Source: Bacteroidaceae bacterium
Lineage (GTDB): Bacteria > Bacteroidota > Bacteroidia > Bacteroidales > Bacteroidaceae
Assembly (NCBI GenBank): GCA_963654235.1
Contig: CAVJZR010000001.1
Location: 5,049 to 69,048 of the forward strand
Length of the DNA stretch: 64,000 bases
Direction: 5' to 3'
Made by a program: the position numbers and the translations under genes. Every line of letters starts with the position of its first letter. Position 1 is the first letter of the stretch. Shown in pieces: positions 9,675 through 19,979 of this stretch. The notes under the pieces are model-generated. The model was given only the letters and a program-made list of their open reading frames with translations, made no database searches and was not told where the DNA came from.

Positions 9675-9812
9675 ATGAAAGGAACGCATTCCGGCCATCT
9701 TAAGAGAAAGAACCAAGAAATAATCAAATATTCATAAGTCTGTGAAGACTCAACTTAATTACCTAAAAAGTTATACGAGCAGGGCACGTCGAGAGATGTT
9801 GCCCTGTTTTTT
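9675..9812 (+). ncRNA. Candidate small RNA, unit B (paralog of unit A)
   Basis: TActTTTG box at 9661-9668. Hairpin AGTCT-GTGA-AGACT at 9737-9750. Terminator CAGGGCA...TGCCCTG plus T6 at 9780-9812. Shares the blocks ATAATCAAATATTCATA and TTACCTAnAAAGTTATAC with unit A. The 5' end is an estimate. Confidence 0.45.
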
Positions 9813-9891
9813 GTTGGCCAAAACACGATGTGAAAGCACCGCTTTGACATTCCACCCAGGGCTCGTTTATCTGTCCGAACCAATCGTTTGA

Positions 9892-9969
9892 GAGAGAAAA
9901 ATAAATTAAAAGTCAGGAAAGAATAAATTAATCTTTTCCGAAAAATAAATTAATTTTCCACCCGAAAGG
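9892..9969 (+). repeat. Triple AAATAAATT-box intergenic element, copy S1
   Basis: Three GAAAAATAAATTAAT-like boxes about 22-24 nt apart, followed by CCACCCGAAAGG. Related copies at 30911-30982 (reverse) and 47431-47507. Confidence 0.7.
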
Positions 9970-10239
9970 ATTTCTTTTAGATTATAAAAGGACGGGCGGC
10001 GCATCATGAAAGGATAAGCGCAGCATCATAAGAAAACCACAGCGGCATCATTTCAAAATACATATTGAGGCTTATCTCGTTAAGTTTTTGTACTTTTGCA
10101 AGCAGAAACCATTCCACGCAGAAGCGCCCACGGTTGGCTCAACGATGAGCGAGGCACAGAGGGAAGCGCTGCAGTGAAGATGAAGTAGAACCGGTGCGCA
10201 CCTAAGAGAGACGCACCTCAATGATTAAGATAAAGACCA

Positions 10240-11343
10240 ATGGCATTAAAATGTGGTATTGTAGGATTGCCTAATGTGGGTAAATCTACCTTGTTCAACT
10301 GCCTCTCTAGTGCAAAGGCACAGGCAGCCAACTTCCCTTTCTGTACGATAGAACCCAACCTCGGTGTGATCACCGTGCCTGACGAGCGTCTCAACCGCTT
10401 GGCAGAGATAGTGCATCCAGGACGCATCGTTCCCGCCACCTGTGAGATTGTGGACATCGCCGGACTGGTGAAAGGAGCGTCCAAGGGTGAAGGCTTGGGT
10501 AACAAGTTCCTGGGCAACATCCGCGAGTGTGACGCCATCATCCATGTGATACGTTGCTTTGATGACGATAACGTGGTGCGCGAAGGCGGTGCGCCCGTTG
10601 ATCCGGCTGAGGACAAGAGCGTCATAGACACCGAGCTGCAGCTCAAGGACCTTGAGACCGTTGAGGGACAACTGGCCAAGCAGCAGAAGATGGCAGCAGC
10701 AGGCAACAAAGACGCCAAGACGCTGGTTACCGTGCTCGAGGCTTATAAAGAGGTGCTGGAGCAAGGCAAGAACGCTCGCACCGTCACCTTCGACTCAAAG
10801 GAAGAACAGCAAGCCGCACATGACCTGTTCCTACTCACCACCAAACCCGTGCTCTATGTGTGCAACGTGGACGAGGGCAGTGCCAAGGAGGGCAACGAGT
10901 ACAGCCGTCAGATAGAGCAGATCGCTGCCGAGGAAGGCGCCGAGGCGATGGTTATCGCCGCCAAGACCGAGGAAGACATCGCTTCGCTGGACACCTATGA
11001 GGACAAGCAGATGTTCCTAGAGGAGCTGGGCCTAGAGGAGAGCGGCGTCAATCGTCTCATTGAGAAGGCTTACCATCTGCTCAACCTTCAGACGTTCATC
11101 ACCGCAGGTGAGATGGAGGTCAAGGCGTGGACGTTCCACAAGGGTTGGAAAGCGCCCCAGTGTGCCGGTGTGATCCACACCGACTTTGAGAAAGGCTTCA
11201 TCCGCGCGGAGGTGATCAAGTATGCCGACTATCTCCAGTATGGCTCTGAGGCTGCCGTGCGCGAGGCTGGCAAGCTCGGCATCGAAGGTAAGGAGTATGT
11301 GGTACAGGATGGTGACATCATGCACTTCCGTTTCAACGTCTAA
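10240..11343 (+). CDS. ychF: Redox-regulated ATPase YchF
   Basis: 367 aa. GIVGLPNVGKSTLFN P-loop and a conserved C-terminal TGS-like end (DGDIMHFRFNV). Confidence 0.95.
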   Translation: MALKCGIVGLPNVGKSTLFNCLSSAKAQAANFPFCTIEPNLGVITVPDERLNRLAEIVHPGRIVPATCEIVDIAGLVKGASKGEGLGNKFLGNIRECDAIIHVIRCFDDDNVVREGGAPVDPAEDKSVIDTELQLKDLETVEGQLAKQQKMAAAGNKDAKTLVTVLEAYKEVLEQGKNARTVTFDSKEEQQAAHDLFLLTTKPVLYVCNVDEGSAKEGNEYSRQIEQIAAEEGAEAMVIAAKTEEDIASLDTYEDKQMFLEELGLEESGVNRLIEKAYHLLNLQTFITAGEMEVKAWTFHKGWKAPQCAGVIHTDFEKGFIRAEVIKYADYLQYGSEAAVREAGKLGIEGKEYVVQDGDIMHFRFNV

Positions 11344-11357
11344 TCACTCTCCATCGT

Positions 11358-12197
11358 ATGATATCACCTCTATATATCTATTGGCAACCCAGCGAGATAG
11401 CTTTTCAGGTAGGATCGCTTGCTGTGCGCTGGTACGGCTTATGCTGGCTCACCGGCTTGGTGCTAGGCTTCTTCCTCATGAAGTGGCTCTATCGCCAGCA
11501 TCGGTACAGCGAACAGCAGTTTGAACCGCTGTTTCTCTACGTCTTCATCGGCGTGCTCATCGGTGGACGCCTAGGCCACTGCCTCTTCTACGAGCCCGAC
11601 TATTTTCTCTCCTCTCCCACGCACATGGTGGAGATGGTGCTTCCCATCCACTTCCTTGAGGGTGGCGGATGGCGCTTCACGGGCTATGCGGGCTTAGCGA
11701 GTCACGGCGGCGTGATTGGCATGCTTGTCGGTTTGTATCTCTATCTGCGCCGCACCAAGATGCGTCCGTGGGTGGTGCTCGACTTTATGGGCGTCTGCTC
11801 ATGCATCACGGCAACGTTTATCCGCCTGGGCAACCTGATGAACTCAGAGATCATCGGTAACATCACGGACGTGCCTTGGGCGTTTATCTTCGCCCGTGTG
11901 GATCAGGCGCCACGCCATCCGGGGCAGCTCTATGAGGCATTGGCTTACTTCTGCTTCTTCTGGATCATCCTGGCGGTGTATCGATATAAGCGCAACAAGG
12001 TGGGCACAGGCTTCTTCTTCGGCTTGTGTCTGACGTTGGTCTTCGTGTTCCGCTTCGTGATCGAATACACCAAGGAGGTGCAAGAGAGCTTTGAGAGCGC
12101 GCTACCCATCGACATGGGACAGATTCTCTCCATCCCGTTCATCATCATCGGCATTTGGGCGATGGTGCAGAGCCGCGGCAAGCAAGGCGACGCATGA
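11358..12197 (+). CDS. lgt: Prolipoprotein diacylglyceryl transferase
   Basis: 279 aa polytopic membrane protein with GGRLGH and the Lgt signature HPGQLYEAL. Confidence 0.9.
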   Translation: MISPLYIYWQPSEIAFQVGSLAVRWYGLCWLTGLVLGFFLMKWLYRQHRYSEQQFEPLFLYVFIGVLIGGRLGHCLFYEPDYFLSSPTHMVEMVLPIHFLEGGGWRFTGYAGLASHGGVIGMLVGLYLYLRRTKMRPWVVLDFMGVCSCITATFIRLGNLMNSEIIGNITDVPWAFIFARVDQAPRHPGQLYEALAYFCFFWIILAVYRYKRNKVGTGFFFGLCLTLVFVFRFVIEYTKEVQESFESALPIDMGQILSIPFIIIGIWAMVQSRGKQGDA

Positions 12198-12270
12198 CGT
12201 TGCTACGCAACAACGGGGCATAACAACGCTTTTTTCATCTATTAATAATATGTAGAAGATACTCTTTGGC

Positions 12271-14934
12271 TTACTTGCCAAGGAGTATTTTTTTGATGTC
12301 ATTGAGCCTATTAAGCGCTTCCATCGGCGTGAGATTGTCAATATCCGTGTGCAGAATCTCGTCGCGTATCTGCGTGAGCACCGGATCGTCGAGCTGGAAG
12401 AACGACAGTTGGACACCTTCTTGTGGTTTGGTGGCTTGCGCAAGCTTATCGGGTGCACCCACAGCACCCACCTGTGCGTTATCAGCCTCTAGCTGGCGCA
12501 ACAGCACATTGGCACGCTTGACGATGCTGCGAGGCATACCTGCTATCTCAGCCACATGGATACCAAACGAGTGCTCGCTACCTCCGGGCTCGAGGCGACG
12601 CAGGAAGATCACCTTACCGCCCACCTCTTTCACGCTGACGTTATAGTTCCTGATGCGTGAAAAATGTTTCTCCATCTCGTTGAGCTCATGATAGTGGGTA
12701 GCGAAGAGCGTGCGCGCGGCAGCCTTCGGTTGCTCATGCAGATACTCCACGATGGCCCAAGCGATGGAGATACCGTCGTAGGTGGACGTGCCACGCCCCA
12801 GTTCGTCAAAGAGCACAAGGCTACGCGGCGTCACATTGTTAAGGATATTGGCAGCCTCGGTCATCTCTACCATGAACGTCGATTCGCCCAGCGAGAGGTT
12901 GTCTGATGCACCCACGCGCGTAAAGATCTTGTCCACCCATCCCACACGGGCGCTATCGGCAGGCACAAAGCATCCCACCTGCGCTAGGAGCACGATGAGG
13001 GCGGTCTGTCGGAGCAGTGCCGACTTACCCGCCATGTTAGGTCCGGTGATCATCATCACCTGTTGGCTGTCGCTATCCAGCAACACATCGTTGGGCACAT
13101 AGCGCTCGTCCATCGGCAGTTGGGTCTCTATCACGGGGTGACGACCCTGCTTGATGTCTATCACCGTGCTACCATCCACCACTGGTCGCACATAGCCGTG
13201 CTCCTCAGAGGTCTTGGCGAAGGACAGCAGACAGTCGAGATGTGCCACGAGGTTGGCATCGATCTGTATCTGCGGGATAAACGCTTGCATATCTGCAACC
13301 AGTTCGGCAAAGAGGCGTTGCTCAAGGGCTAGGATGCGTTCGTCAGCCCCAAGGATTTTCTCCTCATAGCTCTTGAGCTCCTCGGTGATGTATCGTTCGG
13401 CTTGCGCTAGGGTCTGCTTGCGTATCCATGTGGACGGCACGCGATCCTTGAACGTGTTACGCACCTCGAGATAATAGCCAAAGACATTGTTGAATCCTAT
13501 CTTCAGCGAGGGGATGCCCGTCTCTTCAGCCTCATGCTGCTGTATCTGCGCCAGATAGTCCTTACCGCCGTCGCGTATCTGCCGTAGCTCATCCAGTTCG
13601 GCATTGTATCCTGTGGCAATGACATTGCCCTTGTTCACCAGCAAGGGAGGGTCAGGCTGGATCTCCTGTTCGATGCGTTGGCGCAGCGAGTCGCACAGAG
13701 ACAGTTGCTCGCCGACGCGTTGCAGCGCCGCATCAGCGCTATCCACGCATGCCGTCTTCACGGGTCGCAGCGCCACCAGCGCCTGTCTGAGCTGCACCAC
13801 CTCACGCGGTGACACACGTCCCACGGCTGCCTTGGAAATGATACGTTCCAGATCGCCCACGCGATGGAACGCTTCGTCCACCACCGAGCGAAACTCCGGG
13901 TCACGGAAGAAGTGCTCCACGCCATCTTGTCGTTCCTTGATGGCACGCTCATCCTTCAGCGGGAACACCAGCCAGCGGCGCAGCATACGGCCACCCATCG
14001 GGGTGACGGTGCGGTCAATGACATCTAGGAGGCTGGCGCCATCGCTCTGCATGGGTTGGAGGAGCTCTAGGGAGCGGATGGTAAACTGATCCATACGGAC
14101 ATATTTCTCCTCCTCGATACGTGCCAGCGAGGTGATATGGGAGATGTGTGTGTGCTGGGTGATCTCCAGATACTGCATGATGGCACCTGCCGCCACCACG
14201 CCGTTGTGCAGATGATCCACGCCGAAGCCCTTCAGCGAACGTGTGCCGAAGTGCTTGAGGAGCTTTCCACGGGCTGTGGTCTCGGTGAACACCCAGTCGT
14301 CTAGCTCAAAGGTGCAGAGCTTATTGCCGAAGCATTGCTGGAAGAGGGTCTTCCGCTCGCGGTCATAGAGCACCTCCTTGGGTGAGAAGTTGCCGAGAAG
14401 CTTTTCCACATAGTCGTATGTGCCCTCGCCGGTAAGAAACTCGCCCGTGCTGATATCTAGGAAGCTCACACCGCAGGCGTTCTTTCCGAAGTGGACCGCA
14501 GCTAGGAAGTTGTTCTCCTTATAGTTGAGCACGTTGTCGTTGAGGGCTATACCGGGTGTCACCAGTTCGGTGATGCCACGCTTGACCATCTTGTCCATCT
14601 GGCTCAGCCCGCGCTTTCCCTTCATCGCGGCACGCTTCTTCTTCGGGTCTTCTAGCTGCTCACATATCGCCACACGCTTACCGCAGCGCACCAGTTTGGA
14701 CAGGTATGTGTCTAGCGCATGATGGGGGAAGCCTGCCATCTCGGTGCCGCTAGAGGCGCCGTTGTTGCGCCGGGTGAGGGTGATACCCAACAGGCGCGAT
14801 GCTTCAATGGCATCATCGCAGTAGGTCTCATAGAAGTCGCCACAACGGAAGAGCAACAGTGCCTCGGGGTGTTTGCGTTTCATCTCGAAAAACTGTCGCA
14901 TCATGGGGGTGAGTGCCTTATCGTCTTTTGCCAT
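12271..14934 (-). CDS. mutS: DNA mismatch repair protein MutS
   Basis: MutS N-terminus ([11 protein letters not shown]) and Walker A (GPNMAGKS). Start moved to MAKDD (14934) because a minus-strand TAccTTTG box (14968-14975) lies inside the longer ORF. Confidence 0.95.
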   Translation of the reverse strand: MAKDDKALTPMMRQFFEMKRKHPEALLLFRCGDFYETYCDDAIEASRLLGITLTRRNNGASSGTEMAGFPHHALDTYLSKLVRCGKRVAICEQLEDPKKKRAAMKGKRGLSQMDKMVKRGITELVTPGIALNDNVLNYKENNFLAAVHFGKNACGVSFLDISTGEFLTGEGTYDYVEKLLGNFSPKEVLYDRERKTLFQQCFGNKLCTFELDDWVFTETTARGKLLKHFGTRSLKGFGVDHLHNGVVAAGAIMQYLEITQHTHISHITSLARIEEEKYVRMDQFTIRSLELLQPMQSDGASLLDVIDRTVTPMGGRMLRRWLVFPLKDERAIKERQDGVEHFFRDPEFRSVVDEAFHRVGDLERIISKAAVGRVSPREVVQLRQALVALRPVKTACVDSADAALQRVGEQLSLCDSLRQRIEQEIQPDPPLLVNKGNVIATGYNAELDELRQIRDGGKDYLAQIQQHEAEETGIPSLKIGFNNVFGYYLEVRNTFKDRVPSTWIRKQTLAQAERYITEELKSYEEKILGADERILALEQRLFAELVADMQAFIPQIQIDANLVAHLDCLLSFAKTSEEHGYVRPVVDGSTVIDIKQGRHPVIETQLPMDERYVPNDVLLDSDSQQVMMITGPNMAGKSALLRQTALIVLLAQVGCFVPADSARVGWVDKIFTRVGASDNLSLGESTFMVEMTEAANILNNVTPRSLVLFDELGRGTSTYDGISIAWAIVEYLHEQPKAAARTLFATHYHELNEMEKHFSRIRNYNVSVKEVGGKVIFLRRLEPGGSEHSFGIHVAEIAGMPRSIVKRANVLLRQLEADNAQVGAVGAPDKLAQATKPQEGVQLSFFQLDDPVLTQIRDEILHTDIDNLTPMEALNRLNDIKKILLGK

Positions 14935-15303
14935 TGTATGAAGGGTTTGAGGGTGGTGGATTATTAGGCAAAGGTACAAATTATCGTGCAAACAACGTCT
15001 CTCTGCGGCGGATATTCTGCCTTGTTATATCCAAAAGGGGAAGAATAATGTTTCATTTGGATGAAAATTCAGTGCTAAAAAGAACGTTACTCTTGTGACA
15101 ATCGTTAATTCTTTGTAACTTTGCACCCGATTAATAGGGCGCTCATTATACATTAGCCCATATCTATAGTGCTATACGTTTCTACACTTGTTGTTCTGTA
15201 TCATAGCCGTGTGACGCTATTCTCCGCAGACGACAAGCCTTGATTTAGGTAAATAAAGATTAGAAATACTTATATAATATTAAAACTTAAAAGGTAAGTA
15301 AAG

Positions 15304-17361
15304 ATGAAACAACTTAGACTTTTATGCCTCTTTGGGGCAACTATGTGTTCATGGCTCGCTGGTCACGCGCAGACAGTGGAGCTGATTAACGACACCATTG
15401 CTACCATCACAACTACTGCTGCAGGACAGATTGGTACGCAGAGCGGTTTGAGTTATGCTTATGCTGACGGCGTGAAGAGCCAGCTCGGTAAGGGTCAGGC
15501 GAAATATTTCAGCGTGGAAGGACCTATCAATGATGCCGACGTGAACGCCATCCTTGATAACGGCGGCAAGAATAACGTGCTGACGCTGGACCTCTCAGGC
15601 GCTACCATCGATCACCTCGAGGAAGCGGGTGCCACTTCAGATAAAACTGAAAGCAAGGGTACATTCTACGTAGCTGCTAAGAATAGCAACTACCCTTTGA
15701 TTTACCTAGCACTACCCAAGATCACATCAACAACCCAGACCAACATCCCGACGTTTGTCATCTCGAATTATGAAAGCAAAATAGAAGAAACAGGTATTGC
15801 GCAATATGCTACCGTGAAATACCTTTCCAACCTCATCATCCCTGAAGGCTACACCAGCATTGACGATGGTGCTTTTGCATACACAATGGAGAGCGCAGCT
15901 ACAGATGTATCTCTGATCATTCCTGAAGGAGTCAAAAAGATTGGCAATTACGCTTTCAGTAAATGTAAAGTGGCAAACCTCACCCTACCCAAATCTCTAG
16001 AGACCATTGGCGATCAAGCCTTCCTATTTCACAAGTGTCAGCTTCTCGTATTCAAAGAGAACCTAAAATATCTAGGTGAAGAGGCTTTCCTTTCCAGTTC
16101 CAACGACTTGCAGGATGTTTACTTCCTAGGAAAGGATGCTCCTGAATGTGCCAATGACGTGTTCGGTAACGGACCATACACAGGATGGGGTGGACATACT
16201 AACTTTGGAGATCAAGACTACGCTACACGTGACAACTTTTACAACAATGGTCATTACTTCTGTATCCTCCACTATCGTCCTGACTTGACCGACGAGCAGC
16301 TCGCCAACTATTGGGACGTAACGCGCGAATATCACTACAAAGACCTTTACCTAGGCAGCGAACGTACATGGCCTAACCAGGCGGACTATAATAAGGCACA
16401 TGGTCCTCAAAAAGCAGACGATAGCAAGGTGGGCGCTATCAATGGTTACCTCTTTGACGGCAGCGAGATGACTGATGAGCAGAAGAAGCACATCGGTATC
16501 CTACGCTTCGTGCTGGGACGTGCCGATGCTCCTATCCCCGACCAACCATTGCCCGTGAAGGACAACAGCTGGTGGACCCTCTGTCTGCCTTACACCCTAA
16601 CCAAGGCAGAGATACAAGAGTACTTCGGCGATGAGACACAGGTATGGAAGTTTAACCGCGTCACACGCGACTATGACAACTTCAAGATCAACATCATCTT
16701 CCAGAACGAACTCTCTTCTGACGATGACTATATCATCAACGCATGGTATCCTTACGTGATCAAGCCAAGCAAGGAATTCACTGCCGATGACAAGATCATC
16801 ATCAACAAGGACCCAGAGCTCGGTTCAGCAAGAACTAATAGTTTTACGGCAACCAAAACGGGAAGCTACATCTCAGATACCGAATACAATTGGATATATA
16901 GCTTCCATGGCAGCTGCTCTGGTGTAGCTTCAGACCAGACCGGTATCCACTATCACCGCCCCAGCGCATGCTACTTCATGGGTGGTAAGGTAGTGAACGG
17001 CAAGACCGAGGTGAAGTTCTACTATCAGAACCTTGAGGAGACGCAGACCAATGGTAACATCTGGAATCCCTACACCTGCGTGCTGATTCCTTATAAGACA
17101 AGCCTCAAGACACAACTTGAAGAGGACGCTGACGATAGCTTCAAGACCTCTTCAGGCAACAGCGCCAAGAGCTACATCACCACATGGGGCGACGAGGAGA
17201 CCGACGCCATCTGGACGGTGAACATCGTCACACCTGACGACATGGTCAACGGCAACATCTATAACATGCAAGGTCAGCTGGTGAAGGCCAACGCAGATAG
17301 CACAGACGGTCTGCCTAAGGGCATGTATATCCACAATGGTAAGAAGATTGTGGTGAAATAA
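15304..17361 (+). CDS. Secreted BspA-type leucine-rich-repeat protein with a T9SS C-terminal sorting domain
   Basis: Signal peptide. LRR units of the IPEGVKKIGNYAFSKC / LPKSLETIGDQAF type. The C-terminus NIYNMQGQLV...LPKGMYIHNGKKIVVK resembles the Por/T9SS CTD. Confidence 0.75.
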   Translation: MKQLRLLCLFGATMCSWLAGHAQTVELINDTIATITTTAAGQIGTQSGLSYAYADGVKSQLGKGQAKYFSVEGPINDADVNAILDNGGKNNVLTLDLSGATIDHLEEAGATSDKTESKGTFYVAAKNSNYPLIYLALPKITSTTQTNIPTFVISNYESKIEETGIAQYATVKYLSNLIIPEGYTSIDDGAFAYTMESAATDVSLIIPEGVKKIGNYAFSKCKVANLTLPKSLETIGDQAFLFHKCQLLVFKENLKYLGEEAFLSSSNDLQDVYFLGKDAPECANDVFGNGPYTGWGGHTNFGDQDYATRDNFYNNGHYFCILHYRPDLTDEQLANYWDVTREYHYKDLYLGSERTWPNQADYNKAHGPQKADDSKVGAINGYLFDGSEMTDEQKKHIGILRFVLGRADAPIPDQPLPVKDNSWWTLCLPYTLTKAEIQEYFGDETQVWKFNRVTRDYDNFKINIIFQNELSSDDDYIINAWYPYVIKPSKEFTADDKIIINKDPELGSARTNSFTATKTGSYISDTEYNWIYSFHGSCSGVASDQTGIHYHRPSACYFMGGKVVNGKTEVKFYYQNLEETQTNGNIWNPYTCVLIPYKTSLKTQLEEDADDSFKTSSGNSAKSYITTWGDEETDAIWTVNIVTPDDMVNGNIYNMQGQLVKANADSTDGLPKGMYIHNGKKIVVK

Positions 17362-17404
17362 ACATTCATCCATCAACCCAAAACAATAATATAAAGACAA
17401 GAAA

Positions 17405-17623
17405 ATGAAAAAGATATATCAGCGCCCCATCACCCTCACCCATCTCATGAGCACCGAAGGACATCTCCTGAGTGGCTCGAAGATCAACGGCAAGACCGAC
17501 CGCTACTCTACCACAGGTAACGGAACTGAGCTCACCCCAACCGGAAAGGTGGACGTGTACACTGGTGACGGATCAATCATACAACGCTCAAAGGATAACA
17601 ATAGCGACATCTGGGACGAGTAA
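17405..17623 (+). CDS. Hypothetical 72-aa protein
   Basis: ORF only. It sits between the LRR gene and a strong terminator. No recognisable motif or signal peptide. Confidence 0.3.
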   Translation: MKKIYQRPITLTHLMSTEGHLLSGSKINGKTDRYSTTGNGTELTPTGKVDVYTGDGSIIQRSKDNNSDIWDE

Positions 17624-17651
17624 GGAACATCAATCGCACCTAGCTATATAA

Positions 17652-17682
17652 GGGAGACAACCTTCGTGGGTTGTCTCCCTTT
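17652..17682 (+). terminator. Rho-independent terminator
   Basis: GGGAGACAACC (17652-17662) pairs with GGTTGTCTCCC (17669-17679), then TTT. Confidence 0.75.
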
Positions 17683-17780
17683 GCGTTGATGTGTTCAAAG
17701 GAAACGATATTTAGAAGAGATGGCTTGGGGGAGAAACAATAATTTTGTAATTTTGCAGGCACAAAAACCACCTATCATCC

Positions 17781-19331
17781 ATGGCACAAGAACTGATACA
17801 GACCCAAGCCCAAAAGCAACAACAACTGCAGAAACTCACCGCGCAGCAGATGCTGCAGGTGAAGCTCTTGGAGATGCCCCTCACGGAGCTGGAGGAGAAC
17901 GTCCGTGCCGAACTGGATGACAACCCTGCGCTGGAAGTGGCGGGTGAGGCGGAGGATGCAGGCGAGGCTTACGACGTTGGCGCTGACAACGATACGCACA
18001 CCGACACGGACGACTATGAGCAAGCGCAGGAACGCGAGGAGCGACAGGATGCGCTGGATGCCGCCCTGGAACGGATGACGGGCGACGACAACGACCTGCC
18101 TACCTATGACGCGAAGAGCCACATGCAGGGTAACGCCGACTATGAAGAGATGGTCTACGGTGACACCACGTCGTTTATCGATAAGCTCAACGAGCAACTG
18201 GGTGTGCAGGACATCACGGATGAGGAACGCGAGATAGTGGAGTACCTCATCGGCTCGCTGGATGGCGACGGGTTGCTCAGAAAGGATCTGGACAGCATAG
18301 AGGATGAGCTTGCCATCTACCATAACATCAACGTCACAACGAAAGATATCAACAAGGCGCTAACGGTGCTGCAAGGCCTAGAGCCCGCTGGCATCGGCGC
18401 ACGGTCGCTACAAGAGTGCTTGTTGCTGCAGATCCACCACAAACAGGAGGAGCTGAAGCCGGTGAACACCACGCAGAAGAAGCAGATGGCGGTGATATAC
18501 AACCTGGTATATGTGGTGCTCAACGAGTATTGGGACGCCTTTGCCAAGAAGCACTGGGACAAGATACAAGCCGCGATGAAGCTCTCCGAGCCACAAGTGG
18601 AGCTCATCCAGCGTGAGATAAGAAAACTCAACCCGAAACCCGGCGCCTCAATGGGTGAGACGATGGGACGAAGCCTGGATCAGGTGACGCCCGACTTTAT
18701 TGTGGATACGAACGAGGATGGGACCATCACGTTCCAGCTCAACTATGGCGAACTGCCCCAGCTACAGGTGTCACCATCGTTCTCGGGGATGGTGCAAGCC
18801 TATAAGGACAACCGCCGCAGCATGAACCGCAAGGACAAGGAGGCGTTGCTCTACGCCAAGGAGAAGGTGGAGAAGGCACGAGGATATATCGAAGCCATAC
18901 GCCAACGGCGACAGACGCTCATCCTGACGATGCAGACCATCATAGACCTGCAGCGCCCGTTCTTCCTCGATGGGGACGAAGCGGACATCCGTCCGATGAT
19001 TCTCCAAGACATTGCGGACCGCACCGGGCTGGACAAGTCGACGATAAGCCGTGTGAGCAACATCAAGTATGCACAGACCAAGTGGGGCACGTTCCCGCTG
19101 CGTTTCTTCTTCTCGGACGACTATGTGACCGAGGATGGGAAGGTGGTGTCCACACGACAGATCAAGTTGGTGCTCAAGGAGATCATCGAAAGCGAAGACA
19201 AGAGCAACCCGATGAGCGACGAGGCGCTAGCTAAGGCACTGAAGGCACGCGGCCTCTCCATCGCACGCCGCACGGTGGCAAAGTACAGAGAGCAACTGGG
19301 GCAGCCCATCGCACGACTAAGGAAAGAATGA
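17781..19331 (+). CDS. rpoN: RNA polymerase sigma-54 factor
   Basis: 516 aa. Gln-rich N-terminus, acidic region and the C-terminal RpoN box ARRTVAKYRE. Confidence 0.95.
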   Translation: MAQELIQTQAQKQQQLQKLTAQQMLQVKLLEMPLTELEENVRAELDDNPALEVAGEAEDAGEAYDVGADNDTHTDTDDYEQAQEREERQDALDAALERMTGDDNDLPTYDAKSHMQGNADYEEMVYGDTTSFIDKLNEQLGVQDITDEEREIVEYLIGSLDGDGLLRKDLDSIEDELAIYHNINVTTKDINKALTVLQGLEPAGIGARSLQECLLLQIHHKQEELKPVNTTQKKQMAVIYNLVYVVLNEYWDAFAKKHWDKIQAAMKLSEPQVELIQREIRKLNPKPGASMGETMGRSLDQVTPDFIVDTNEDGTITFQLNYGELPQLQVSPSFSGMVQAYKDNRRSMNRKDKEALLYAKEKVEKARGYIEAIRQRRQTLILTMQTIIDLQRPFFLDGDEADIRPMILQDIADRTGLDKSTISRVSNIKYAQTKWGTFPLRFFFSDDYVTEDGKVVSTRQIKLVLKEIIESEDKSNPMSDEALAKALKARGLSIARRTVAKYREQLGQPIARLRKE

Positions 19332-19945
19332 ACCAGAAAAACATCATACTCATAGCAAGAATCGTAAGCTTGCTGTTCACCCCCTTCTACCTCCCTTTGG
19401 TAGCACTGGTAGCGCTCTTCGTGTTCAGCTATCTATCCGTGCTACCCCTGAGCTACAAGCTCTCCACGCTGTTCCTGGTGTATCTAGGAACGGTGCTGGT
19501 GCCTACGGTGATGATCCATGTGTATCGCCACTATCAGGGTTGGTCGCTCATCCAGTTGGGACAGAAGGAACGCCGCGTGATGCCTTACCTCATCTCTATC
19601 ATGTGTTACTTTGCTTGTTACTACATCGTCAACGTGCTGCATGAGCCTCACATGATAGGATCAATCCTCGTTGCTGGTCTCGCCATACAGATCCTCTGTG
19701 CACTGATCAATGTGAACTGGAAGGTGTCTACCCACTCGGCTGCCGTCGGAGGGATGACGGGCGGACTGTTGGCGTTCTCGGTGATCTTCAACTTCAACCC
19801 CGTGTGGTGGCTCTGTCTGTGCATCCTCGTAGGCGGACTGGTGGGCACGAGCAGGATGATTCTGCGTCAGCACACACTCGCACAGGTGGTGACAGGTTAC
19901 TTCATCGGGTTGCTCGGCACATTCGTTGTGATAATATTGGTATAG
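19328..19945 (+). CDS. PAP2-superfamily-like integral membrane protein
   Basis: 205 aa, about 6 TM segments. STHSA and SRMILRQH resemble PAP2 motifs 2 and 3. ATGA start/stop overlap with rpoN. Confidence 0.5.
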   Translation: MNQKNIILIARIVSLLFTPFYLPLVALVALFVFSYLSVLPLSYKLSTLFLVYLGTVLVPTVMIHVYRHYQGWSLIQLGQKERRVMPYLISIMCYFACYYIVNVLHEPHMIGSILVAGLAIQILCALINVNWKVSTHSAAVGGMTGGLLAFSVIFNFNPVWWLCLCILVGGLVGTSRMILRQHTLAQVVTGYFIGLLGTFVVIILV

Positions 19946-19979
19946 AAAGATCAACTTAAAACATATAATACATATAGAT

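Noticed and set aside
9892-9969. Interpreting the AAATAAATT triple boxes (also at 30911 and 47431) as a CRISPR array
   Set aside because: There are only three short AT-rich boxes per locus, with imperfect repeats, spacers of about 10 nt and no cas genes. The structure does not fit CRISPR. No CRISPR array was seen anywhere in the window.
10099-10239. Structured leader of about 135 nt on ychF (hairpin GGTGCG/CGCACC at 10193-10217, duplicated GAAGCGC)
   Set aside because: I know of no riboswitch or leader family associated with ychF. The structure is modest, and the evidence is too thin for a feature or finding.
10218-10764. Long antisense ORFs inside ychF. The same pattern occurs inside polA, mutS, rpoN, purE/ispG (19661-20461), korB (40333-40863), the M16 peptidase (59879-61327) and elsewhere.
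   Set aside because: These are shadow ORFs opposite well-supported conserved genes. Their translations are Arg/Ser/Cys-rich with no motifs, and they lack their own TAnnTTTG boxes.
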